DNA from: Vermamoeba vermiformis
Lineage: Eukaryota
DNA: 64,000 nt
NCBI GenBank assembly: GCA_045837725.1
Contig: JBEWZL010000175.1
Coordinates: 1 to 64,000, forward strand
Reading direction: 5' to 3'
The notes under the pieces were generated by a model. The model had not been told where the DNA came from, searched no databases, and worked only from the letters and a program-made list of their open reading frames with translations. The translations under genes and the position numbers were made by a program. Below, in pieces: positions 51,851 through 64,000 of the stretch (positions are counted from its first letter, which is position 1; every line of letters begins with the position of its first letter).

Positions 51851-53720
51851 ATGATGGAATTCAGCACACCCTACGAGCCCGGTCGTAAATACATCTCCCT
51901 TGCGTGCGTTCAATGCCGAGAAAAACATCGTCGGTGCGACGGACAACAGCCTTGTCTCAGATGTAAAAGCTGGAATCTAGAGTGCTCTTACACAAAAACC
52001 AAACCACGAGGAGGAAATCATCGGACTCCTAAAATTAAAAAAGAAGAACGTTCTATCGCCGTTCAAGAAACAACAGGTAATTTAATTTAACGTAATTTGT
52101 AAAAAAATCATAATAATCTATTTGATAATTAATTCTAATGACGTTAGTACCATCAACGGTTACTACATCTACCGCTATCCCAGCTTCTGTACCCTCGATG
52201 GATATAACAATGTATACAAATTACTACGCCAATGCGTTTTCTCGATCCGAAATCTCAACCCCTCCTTTGGCCTTGAATTTCCCGTCAGATTTAGCGCTGT
52301 TAAGTAAGTGTAATTAGCTACTTATATTTAATCTACCTTAATTCAGATCCGGCGCAAACATTTCGCGTGGATGCAACGCTTGCTTTGACAGCACTGACAC
52401 TCGGTCACTTAGCTCAAGGCCACATGTTGATGGATCAGGCTAAGTATGGCGGGTATATTAGTAGTAACATATCTAATATATTAGAATGTTCCTTCCGCAA
52501 GCTCTTTCGAGTTGCACGCTGGATGCCGCGGTCGGATTCAACAGTTTAGCAATGTGCCACACGATGGAGTTTGACTTTATGCCGTCATCTAATTTCTTGA
52601 AATTATCTAAAGGCGTCGCTTCTACGCTTTGGAAAATGCTGCGAAGAAATATCTTATACCTGCAAAAAGTTGGCGGACTCGCGATCCAGGCAGCTTTTCA
52701 GGGCTTGATGGTGAAAATTCTATCGCTTCATTGCGAGTTATATTTTGCGGACTCCATGTATGTATCACTCACGCAAACGACAGTCACCAAGTATTTCTAC
52801 CTAACGAGTTTTCATTTTAGCAAAGTACTCCGTCGGAAAGTCGATAATTTACAAACTCTTACGGACAAATGGAACTTGGAAATGCCTCAAATATTGACGC
52901 TAGTTAAGGTAAGTTACGACGATAATATGAATTGTAATTAACGACTATTTGAAGTCACTTTACGGACTCTACCTCGGCGACGTTGAGAATTTGATGGAAA
53001 CGATTGAAGCGATCGAAATTTCAGCCACTGATTTTTCCCTAATCTGGAAAGAGTACCCATTAATCTTAAGTTGATATAATGGTCCTAACAACAATTTTTC
53101 AATAGCGGAGGTGCCTCGATTCTACTCCCGATGGTTCGCTCGTTAAAATACAGTTTGCTACGACAACCTGGCGCCGCACGTGCTGAGTGTCAAGCGATCA
53201 TTCGCTGGTTTGACCAAACGTTGACTTTAACCCCGTCGACTGTGCAGCTAATCAACGCCGTTTGTTTGCTGTGGAGTGCTTTGGGTTTAAACGACGAATT
53301 ACACCAGGTAGCGTTTTTTTATTCCCGTACTTCGACCAATAGTTAAATGTCTTTATTATATAGGTCCTTAATATTGCAGAAAGACTATCGGTTTTCTTCC
53401 CTGGGTGCAAATTTATCGTTGAAAGATTCAGAAGCTCTCAATCATCGAACAACTACAACGATCAATTTGCAAATTGGAACCCTTTCGTGTCACTAATCAA
53501 CAATTATCATATGAAGAATTCGCCGAATAATAATAACACTCTCAACAGCACGGTTTCAGTGCAGAACGAACAACTCGCTCAAGCGCATCCGTTCATGACG
53601 GCTGAGGCACCTTCGCCTTCATTTAGTTCTAGCGATTCGTATTCACCCGATGTTAATCTGCAGTTCAACCCTGACGAATTTATGTTTGAGGACTTGAAGA
53701 ACTCGATTGACTTATTCTAA
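51851..53720 (+). CDS. Zn(II)2Cys6 binuclear-cluster transcription factor, paralog 1
   Basis: ACVQCREKHRRCDGQQPCLRCKSWNLEC, followed by a multi-exon helical domain and an acidic tail. Confidence 0.88.
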
Positions 53721-53868
53721 ACGTAGAACTAAATTTAACTTATTTGTAAATAAAATCGTTGCGAATATCTCAGCGGAACAAATTGACACTATCTGAAGAT
53801 TTTATCGATATTTTGATTTTAAAAAATGTTCTGTTTACTTCTAATGTTTCATCTGTTCGTGATCGTCA

Positions 53869-56441
53869 CTACATTGAGACCAACTGCCATCTTCCATCGA
53901 TTTTCTTTTCCCGCACAATAATTACCTTGCCGTACACAACTTTGGTTTCTGCGCTCGACTCTGTGATTGCAACTTCGTCGAATTTCCAGCCTTGATAAGG
54001 CGTGTTGAAACAAATTGGCTTCACGACATTTTTGAACAATTCATTTGCCGTTTTGTTCTCAGGTAATCGATCTCTATTAGAAGACATAAAAAGCATCACG
54101 AATTGTTCATCCTTCTGACAAGTGGTCTCCAAGTACGAGCTCAGCACACGTGATGTCATGTATTCTTCTCTCCCGACATTGGTGAAGAAAAATTGTGCAA
54201 GCTGATGTGCAGCTATTTCATGGACCTACGAATTTGTATTAGCATGATCAGGAAATGCACTGAAAAATATCATATCTTATATCTATAATAACGCTTGAAA
54301 TTCCAACTCCGGATTTGAAGAGACTGACTCGACAAAGATATTGCTGGATCTTACCGCCACTTTTCCGTCTACGTCCATCAAGTCCACTTTGATCTTACGA
54401 TTGACTTCAGAGTCGATAAAACTGATCCCGCGACAGCCTACACTTTGAGCGACGCCAATCCGACCATCACTCAACTAACATAAAGAGTTAGTTTTCCAAA
54501 AAAGGCAACGGATCCGGATCTAGATCCGAATGATGAGCATTTTCCCGCTATCTAACTTACTATTGATATATTTCCAGATCGACTTTGCGTCATTGCTAGT
54601 GTGTTAATTAGAGACCCGTCGCTCATGTCGTAAAAGTACAGTTTGGTGTCGCGATAAATAAGCCACATATTGTTGTAGATCATTGTGATCGGGTTCCTCT
54701 TCTAAAATAAATTAAAATTAAGAAAGTTATGTGTTTTTTTTGACGTACCACTTGTCCCGTCGGATAAACAATTTCAGTATTGTCGATAAAATTCCACAAA
54801 ATAATTTGCTCTTCTAGTTGGATCACGACCTTAAAAAACCAACGATATGAGATGATATTATGAGGATATAATATTATTAGTATAAACAATATACCTGATT
54901 ACGTGTCATAAATCCGAATTTTTTATCTCGGCTTTTGATTTGTCGTTTCCATTCTTGTTTCGTCAAAATATCAATGACCGTCAATTCTAGAGTGTTTGAA
55001 TCGCACTAACAAAGGCATAATTAACCTTAATTAAAATTAAATAAGAGAAAGAGGTTACTAACTACGGCCAAGTAATTGTCGTACATGCGACGCCAATATT
55101 CCGAGAAAGGCCTTTGAATTGGCCAGGAAAATATCGCATTGCCTGTCTCTCCGTCATATACAATAATCTTTGGGCTGCAAAAAAGGTTAGTTAATTTTCC
55201 GAATTTTGAATTTTGAAAAAAGAAAAATTCCCGTGCGAACATCGATTTTCGTTAAATTATTGAATTTGATGGGCTTCAATATAATAATACCATCAAATTT
55301 TAGAAACTGTGTCGCTATATTATATTAAGGCATAAACATCTTATATTATTTGAGGTCTGTTGGGACTTACTCCGGCTGCACTTGCAAAATTCCAATGAAA
55401 TTCGAATCAAAGCAATCATTCGGAACTAGAATTTTATCATTCTCTTGCTTTTTTAACATTGTTTCGTCATCGAATATGATTTTCGAGTCCAGCACTGTCG
55501 GATCGAACTTTTTAACTTTGATCCATTTGTACGTAGGTCCATAAAAGTTGCAATGCTAAAAAAATATGTTAATCGTTACCGTCGCATTTTGTCGTAAATT
55601 CTTACAATATTGGCCAAGTAATGGTTAATAAATAAAGTTTGCTGCAGATCCGCCTACAATTGTTCAATTAGAACATTCCATTATAAAAATAATTATAATA
55701 ATCGTTTCATACCCTAGTAGCCTCTCCATTAACTAGATTTATGAAATGCGAATCTGGTCGAGTGAATTTTGCGTGGGTGCTAAGAAGATTGTTAACTACA
55801 TCCGCAAAGCGTTTAAAATAAATTGAATCGTACCTGTAGGATTCACAAACCTCCCAGTTGACGAGGCAAAAATCTTTATATAAACTATAGTTATCAAACC
55901 TTAGCGTCCTTTGTTGTGTAACCTCTTTAGCAACCAAAGTGCGAACTACACATCTGCAGTTTTGTTAGCTAGGCCTATGATAAGACCTTATTATTAAATG
56001 TTTTTTACCTTCCGCTTTTGACGTTGTCAGGAATAAACAGGAGATCCACTACTTTAGTTTTCCAATTAACGGTTCGCTCATCATACTCCACACCCCCAAC
56101 GGAAAGCAATTTATACATATTCTATATATGAATGTCAGTTACTAATTAACAAGGATTCAATTCGTTTGCACGAGCAGGGTTCAGAAATTAAATTTGTTTC
56201 AGAAATAAATCTTAAAAAATGTCTAAAATTCCAATAATTTTGTTATTCTACGCATTTAGAGCTTTAAGGTCATTAATAAATAACGGGCTAAGCAAAATAT
56301 TTTTACCTTCCAGAAATGCAAATCCGCATCAACTCCGTTCCAGCTCTTACACGTCCTACAAGCACTTATAATTACTTTTGGCGACATTGTAAAGAGTAAA
56401 ATGCGCTCGAGGAGCTCTATGGGGATGGTGTTCCACTCCAT
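53869..56441 (-). CDS. F-box protein, multi-exon, with a beta-rich C-terminal region; 3' end approximate
   Basis: N-terminal IPIELLERIL...CRTCKSWN...FWK and many short canonical introns. Confidence 0.7.
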
Positions 56442-56648
56442 CACGAACAAAATCAAAATTTACCACTGTTCAGTCCGGCACAAATTTAAGGTTAATCGCA
56501 TCGAAGGGGCAAGCGGCGGTTACATGTGACCTCAGTAAGTAGTATTATTTCTTTCTTAATCATTAATTATTTGATTCGTCTTACTGTATTTTCAGGTTTT
56601 TTCGATTTTCATTGCCGTTGCAAAACTTCATTTTATCTAATTGTAAGT

Positions 56649-58759
56649 ATGGACAACAATGCCAGGCAGCAACAACGCAAGCACGTATCAATAGCGTGCA
56701 ACAAATGCAGAGAAGCGCATCGCTGCTGTGACGGAGAAATACCTTGTCGAAGGTGCCGCTCACGCAATCTGCAATGTGTTTACGACAAATCAAAAGAAAA
56801 ACCTCGTAGAATATTGGACAAAAATGTAACATATGTATATCCTACAAATGATAGCTCTGGAAACGCTATAATAGCCCAAGGTAAATAGTTATTTATTTTT
56901 CATAATATTTAGATTTTTTTACAAATCACTTAATAATTCATATTTATAGCTAGCTCGATACCAAAAGCCGTACCACAGGCCGATATCAATGCATTTTTAA
57001 ATTATTATGCTTTGGAGTTCAACAAGAGCGCTCATTTTTCGTTGACATTACCGACGTCATGCACGCTCTTGCCACAATCTTTTCCACTAAGCCTTAACAA
57101 TATAAGTACGTCCACTATTATTTTATTACTCAGATTGCCAACCTCGATTATAGGAGAGGATCAAAAGTTTCGCGTGTGCGCTACATTAGCGTTGACTGCG
57201 CTGTAGTTTAGGGCACCCGACACAAGGTCACGTTTTGATGGATCAGGCCAAGTAAGCTAACCTCTAAACCACGCGTATAATTAATAATTATATATGTGCG
57301 ATAAACAATCACAAAAAATAGCTAATGTAGTCATTTGTTCGAGCCAGATCTGCGACTTTTTGTAAATTTTGATAATTTTTCCGACCTGCATTTGCGATTA
57401 AAACTGTATAAATCGTGATTGCCTAATATAATTCTAGGAAATATCTGCCCGACGCACTTTCAAGTTGTACCGTGGACTCAGCGATCGGCTTTAACAGTTT
57501 AGGATGTTGTCACATGATGGAATTTGAATTAACACCGACAACGAACTATTTAAAGCTATCTAAAAGCGTTGCATTAACGATATGGAGGATGCAGCGACGA
57601 GATGCTAATAATAGTATTATTGAAGCTATGAGTACCGCGCCTATTGTTATTCATTCGCTTTTGAAGAGTTTGCAGCTTAATATGACCTCGTTTAATTCCG
57701 ATGGAAATTTAGATTACGCAGTGTACGTTAAAAGGTCTAATGCTAAAAATAGCTAATTTCCTTATTTAGCAAGTGGACACGGAAAAAGTTAGATCAGCTC
57801 TCGGATGTGGCGCTAAAAACTCAAATGCATTATACTGACCTTAATACCCTCGCTACTGTAAGTATAAATTCACTATATTTATCCGCTAAGATTAATATTA
57901 GGGCCTATTCTCGCTATACATGGCCGATGTTACGAGTGTTTTTCAAGCAATTCAAAATGTCGAAGTCGCAGCGAGAAATTTAGCCTGGAAATGGAAAGAG
58001 TACGTTATTATATCGTAATAATATTTATTATAAGCATTAATATTCTTATTGGCTAGCAATTCGGATATTTTTGTGCATATGGTCAGATCGCTCAAATTCG
58101 CTTTGCTACGGGATGAATTAGCAATGAGAAATGAATGTGGCTTATTATTGCAAGTATTTGATAGCATGACCTCGCACAATTCTAGCTCCATGACTTCAAT
58201 GTACACCACTGCATTGTTGTGGTCTGCTTTGGGACTTGAAGACGAACTTCAGCTGGTACGTTCCAACCTATAAAATAGTACAATATTATTATAGACTCGT
58301 GCATATTATTTAATATCGGAATAAGCAGTAATATTTTGACCTAGATCCCAAATCCAACATTTTTTCGATGTCGATCCATTTTTTTGTAGCATTAATTTAA
58401 TTTATTTTGGTTAGTTGGTATTAATCGCTCAACGAATGTCTATATCATATCCTGGAGGCAAATTTATCGTTGAACGATTCGGCAAGCAAGGCGGTCAGAG
58501 AGCAATTGACAGCGAATTGAAATGGAACCCATTTAAAGAGCTGCTAGCAAAGTTTAATTTAACGAATAGCAATAGTAGTAATCAAGACGGCCATATACCA
58601 CCTCCAGTATTAGAACAACAAGGGTCGGACATTAGTGAATCAAAAGAAGTCGGTACAACGGCAACGGATCCGCTCTACTTTGCCTTTGACGAACTGAACG
58701 ATGGTGATAATACTCTTTGTAATAATTACTATGCTGAGAGCTACTTTGCATCTTCTTAA
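56649..58759 (+). CDS. Zn(II)2Cys6 binuclear-cluster transcription factor, paralog 2
   Basis: ACNKCREAHRCCDGEIPCRRCRSRNLQC. Shares ATLALTAL, GFNSL..CH.MEF, MVRSLK and LLWSALGL blocks with paralog 1. Confidence 0.88.
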
Positions 58760-58908
58760 TGTAAATACATGTAAATAACGCTTTAAATTTTAATCCTGTT
58801 TAATTTTATTTTTTTTTTTTTTTTTTCCGAAACTCCGGCGATCTGCCCACAAACCAGAAAATTTGGTTTTTTCAATCAGTTTACTTTCAGCTACACGATG
58901 ATAACACG

Positions 58909-61214
58909 ATGGCGAGCATAATTGAATTGCCCTACGAGATACTATGGGCAATAATCGAGCAGCTTCCCGGCAAAACAATCTCCATCTGCGCTCAAGTTTG
59001 TAAACGGTTTTCAGAAATAGCAAACAACGATACACTATGGAAAAATATATGCCATAAAAAGAAGTGGGATAGTGTTGCCACTAGTGTAGCAGCAGCGCTC
59101 AATCAGTCCACAAAAACGAAATCTGAAAAAACAAAAAACCCTTCAAAACCAAAGAAAAAATCAAATAAGGACGAAACTGTTATTAATTGGAAGAAAATCT
59201 ATAAGTACATTGATTTGGACCAGAAACTAAAATTACGGCTACTATACAACGATTATTTTTTTGTCAATCAATATGATCTGTCTTGGCGCGCAGAATGTAA
59301 GCTAAGAAATACATTAAAAATACGATCACTAATGTTAATATATCAGTTTATATTAATGGCAATCAATATGGTCCTCTACCTGAAGAAGCAACCGTGCGTG
59401 GTCTCGTCCGACATTTGACGGATCTGATCAGAATAGAACGCGGTAACCATCCATAACTTTATATTAATATAATAACATATTTTGTTCTAATATTCAAATT
59501 AAATATTATATTGATCGCCGGGCAATTTTTTTTAACCCTCCGTTCTTCAGATCTCCTCGATTTTGACGACAGTCATGGCCGTCAATATGACTATCACTTG
59601 CCTAGCCAAGGTAAATATGATATATATAATCTAGTTATATGACAAAATGGACTCACAATTTGTGATCGCGCAGATCCGCTCTTTCTCCACGTATTTTTCG
59701 TATCGTACCGAACATTCACAACACCAACGGAAGTATTTGAACGACTTTGGGGAAGGTAAATAATAACATCTTATTACTGTAATATAGATGATTTAATCGA
59801 TACTTAGGTACACGACAATTGCGCAAGATCCAAAAGAATCAAACGAGCAATTCGAACAACGAAAAAAAGTTATTATGGATCAGTAAGTCATAAAAATATG
59901 ATGTATTGGTCTTATTAAAGGCTATTTTATAGTGTTGTTGACGCGTTTGTACAATGGATCGTAAACTACGACTTTGTTGAAGTTGGGTTGTCCAAATCCG
60001 TCGATTTTCAAAACTTTTACTCCCATGCAGCACCCGAACATAAAGAGCGTATTAAAAGAGCCCTTATAGATGTACGTAGATAAAAATAGCGAATAAGGTA
60101 TCGACTAACTGTTCGGCTAGTACGAGAAGAAGATTGGCAAAGTATTCGCGTACGACGACAGCTATAAAATTACAATGAAAATTCCAGCGCCAATTCTGCC
60201 AAAAGATTACGAAAAACATTTTTTGCCTAAATTAACCGATCTTGGCTCGTTAGAGCTCGCAAGGTAATGTTTGGCAACGTAGATCCGGATCTGAAACCTT
60301 TCGCTTACACTAATTAATGACCATGTATTATAGACAAATGACGATGTTTGACTTTAAGACTTATCGGCAAATTAATCGCGAAGAATTTACGACGAATTGT
60401 TGGAAGACACAATTGACCGTGAAAATTGAACGCGGGGTCAAACACGAAGAAGGCGCTATTAGCATTTTATTAAGGAGACAAAGCAATGTATGCACTATAT
60501 TATAATATGAAACTAATATTATGGCACTAACAATGTTTTTTAGATGACGTATTGGGTTCTACGAGATATTTTATTGATTACTGATTATCAAGCACGTGTG
60601 GATCGAATTACGTATTTTGTGCATTTAATGAAGGTACGGACATGCAAATGACACGTGTCAAGAATGTCAAACTAACGTGTCAATTACCAGCACTTGTTAC
60701 AGATGAACAATTTTCATTCAGCTTATTCAATATTTCGAGGGTTAACGCATTCGTGGTCGTTGAAACTAACCAAGAACGTGGTCGAAATTTCGATCGTCGT
60801 GCCAATCAGAAGAAAAATTCTTAGAGCGCTGCAAGAGACTGTTCGATCCAGTCAATAATTTCCTTCAGTACAGAAACCTGCTCGTTGAATGTAAAAATCC
60901 TGTACTGCCACTCATAGGTATTACTAAAATAACTACTACCGACCTCTATTTACAGTTCTAATATTTTTTGTGCAGTTGCAACGGTGGCGGAAATTGATCG
61001 GCTAGATCTATTCATGCACAAATCGAATAGCGTTGTTAATTTCAGCAATAGAGTATGGTATTGGGACACCATAAGTCAATATATGAAGCATCAACTAGTT
61101 CCGTACGCCTTCGAAAGGTTGGAGAAGATCCAGATCGAACTTAACAGATACGCTGAAGCTACAATAGCAAATAGCGAAATTGTTGAATTATTCGATAAAC
61201 TAACAATACATTAA
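58909..61214 (+). CDS. F-box plus RasGEF (REM and CDC25) protein
   Basis: LPYEIL...VCKRF...LWK F-box, SYRTFTTP REM motif, and ELARQMT, MNNFHS, NF..YR and VNFS CDC25 motifs. Confidence 0.85.
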
Positions 61215-61351
61215 GCGCGATATTATATAATTATATTTTTATGATAATTACAAGTTTTGTGACTTTTGATACACAGGAAAGAAAATGGTTGAATTGGATC
61301 TGGCTTGGCTAAATAAATACTAATGTCTTATTATTAGATAAGCCATTAGTA

Positions 61352-64000
61352 TTATCTACATGGCCACACATGAATAGTATTATCTACTCCTCCTGTTACC
61401 AAATGAGGATTCCTAAAAAAAATTTTATCGTTAGATCGTACTACCCTTTACAACCGATTTTAATTAATATGGAGCCTTACCTTTTACAAAACTCGATGCA
61501 TTGAATGAAATGAGTATGTGCATCAGGGATTAAACGGATCTGTCGTAATTCTTGCAGATCCCATACTCGTATTGAACGGTCATCGCTGCACGAGAACAAA
61601 TAGCGACCTGAGGGATGGAATGCTAGCCCTCGCACCCAGTTATCATGGCCAACCTAAATAGCATTATTTAGTGATTTGGGTTATTGTTGAAGAAACGAAG
61701 ATCAAATGTTTGTAACGGATCTTCCAAATAAGGAAAACGATATTCGTACGAGCTAAAATGAGAATAGTATTGCTTAAATGTGCTTACCAAAGTAGTTATA
61801 CATCTTCCAGTAGCTGTTTCGCAAATTTTAATCACTTTGTCGCGGGATCCAGATGCGAAATAAAGACCAGGTTTGCTGCTCTTTTCGTCTTGCGGCTTAT
61901 TGGCTGCTTCTTTTAATATTCTTTCTTTTTCATGCAAGTCCTTGCCATTCATCGAATCTTCCAAGAATTTATTTGCCGTCATTGGAGCAAACGCGATGCA
62001 TTCAACTGCATTAGAATGATCCCTATAAAACTCATTAATACGATCACGATTCGCTGTATTAACGCCCTTATATTAATTCAATTATATTTTGCTGTAATTA
62101 TTACCAAACTAAATTTCGTTACAAAATTTGAGCTTGTTTTCAACGAACGGATCTCGATCGGATCTTGTTGAAAAGAGCAGCTATTGAATTATAGATTCTT
62201 ACCTCATGACGGATATATTTTTGCCTGTTTTAATGTCCCAAGCTTTGACTGTTTGATCGGACGAACAACTTAGTAGCAATGAGCCATCTTCGCTTACTGC
62301 AATCTTTCGCACCCATTTGTCGTGGGCTTCAATAGTTTTAACACAATATCTTTAATAATACGTTAGTATCCATCATATATCGCGATATAAATGCTATGAT
62401 TTGACCGGTTTAATTAATTCTAATTGAAAAAATTTGACGAGAAATTTGTTGCGAAGGCCGATGTTTAACGTGATCAGTAACGATTGTATTTCCTTTTTAG
62501 GAAATGTCTATGACATCAGTAACACGTACCCGGTAGCTGTTTCCCAAATCTTAATAGTTTTATCGCGTGAAGATGAAATCAAAAAATCTCCGTTGGGTGT
62601 AAACTTGACGCACGAGACGGTGTGCTCGTGTCCGTGCAGTGTTTTGACGCACGTGTACGTCGAGAAATCCCACAATTTAATCGTCAAATCGTTCGAACAT
62701 GATGCTGGATGTCAAGGTCAGTATAAATAAACGACTATAATCTTCTTTCATGCGTACCTAACATTTTTCCTTTTGGTTCAAAATCGAGGTCCCGTACTGC
62801 TCCTGTGTGACCCTACAACAGAAAATTCATCAGTATTTACATCACAAAAGCGAATAACACTAAAATTAATTAAAGATACGGTCCTAGTATTGTCATTAAT
62901 AATAATGAAGCTAAATTAACGAGATCTGAATCTTTTGTTCGTAGTAGCCTTAAGGGCCGATTAAATTATTAAGACGTCATAATGCTCTATATTATGGCGT
63001 AGAATATAATTATAACGTCATTCTCGTGCATCAGAATCGGTACCTTTAGTGTCTGTTGAAACACGCCTTCTTCGTAGTCCCACACTCTGATCATTGCGTC
63101 CTCACTCGCGGAACACACCACATCGAATTCAGGGTGCGACACGAGACTGTTAATGGCATCGCGATGTCCTAATTAGGAAATGTAAGTATCAAACGCAAAG
63201 ATCATCAGTAATATTTTTTTCCGTAATAATCGTACTTGATTAGCATCAACTAATATTTGCTGTCATTTTTCGTCGTATAATAATACTATATTTGGCAATA
63301 TAACAAAAGATTACAAATTGGCGCGTGATTTAAATGTTCGATAACGCGAAGCATAATCGATGGAAATATCGTTCAAATGTATTAATTGTAGGGAATCATA
63401 TAATTACCTTTTAATACATGTCGTGGCGGTCCTCGTGGCAGTGTTTCTTTTGATTTTTCTTTGCCTGTCTTCTTTTCTTTTATTTCTTCCTCATATTGCG
63501 TTACTTTTGTTTCTAACTCCATAATCTAAGCGGTATAATTAATTAGTGGTATTATTACACCGAGATTTTGTGTGAGGCGTTACATTAAAAAAACGGACAG
63601 ATTCAATCCAAAGAAAAATAAATTTAGAAATTTAATACGCTCGTTTATATTGTGTATTTGTATAATTACGTCAATATGCTTTATTATTGCGCGATAATTA
63701 CCTTTTTTTGCAACCGTAGAATGGATGCCCACTTCTTTTCAAGCAAACCATTTTTTTTCGGATCTATATCAACATTTGCCTCTTTTCTAAAAGCTTCAAA
63801 ACTATCTTCAAATCCAGCAGAATTTAAATAGTCCAGAATTGCTTGGTTCCTAATTTAATAGAGGGCGTTATTATTTTATTCGATAATTAAATCTGAAAAA
63901 ACTTGATCATTAATTCCAACAGCTGCTTTATCCATATTAACTTACAATTCTTGACGTTGTCTATTTGTTAATACGGAACCAGATCGATCCGTAGACTTTG
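61352..64000 (-). CDS. LIS1: Lissencephaly-1 homolog (LisH, coiled coil, WD40); start lies beyond the right edge
   Basis: [52 protein letters not shown] and a terminal WPCR*. Confidence 0.93.

Noticed and set aside
54505-54530. Recurrent GATCCGGATC-type palindromes in introns (also ~26970, 60283, 62148)
   Set aside because: Short and unspaced, and GATC words appear common throughout the host DNA. Enrichment cannot be shown without computation.
33420-57210. Programmed frameshifting or mass pseudogenisation (shifts at ~33428, 38015, 42520, 42646, 43704, 57204)
   Set aside because: Isolated 1-nt indels in otherwise intact, unrelated genes are more simply explained by consensus sequencing errors. 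Read-level polishing is needed.

Overview
Intron-rich eukaryotic DNA with short GT-AG introns and CTAAC/CTAAT branch points. The gene content (class C GPCR, Zn2Cys6 factors, F-box RasGEF, CH-LIM protein, LIS1, ABCG, CLC) suggests a free-living protist, probably an amoebozoan; this is inference. The first ~13.5 kb looks like mobile or accessory DNA. It holds a spliced Sola/DUF7869-type DDD transposase, a ParB/Sulfiredoxin-like gene, a gene with a captured RPA70N OB-fold, two orphan genes, and several palindrome/hairpin tandem arrays. Two of those arrays are built from tRNA-like B-box units with variable cores. The remainder is host genes and local duplications. The most notable observations are: (1) a structurally coherent, non-canonical tRNA gene inside a CLC intron, with a ~62-nt anticodon-arm insert that can be read as anticodon GCC or UUA (ochre suppressor); (2) the ParB-like gene with a palindrome/B-box array in its own first intron, near a transposase; (3) a convergent pair of GT31 galactosyltransferase and sugar-transporter-fused pyruvyltransferase, resembling the fission-yeast PvGal pathway; (4) a nine-exon spliced-looking array with no reading frame. 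Scattered single-base frameshifts in otherwise intact genes suggest consensus indel errors, so pseudogene calls are tentative. Gene models were spliced by eye and no database searches were run.
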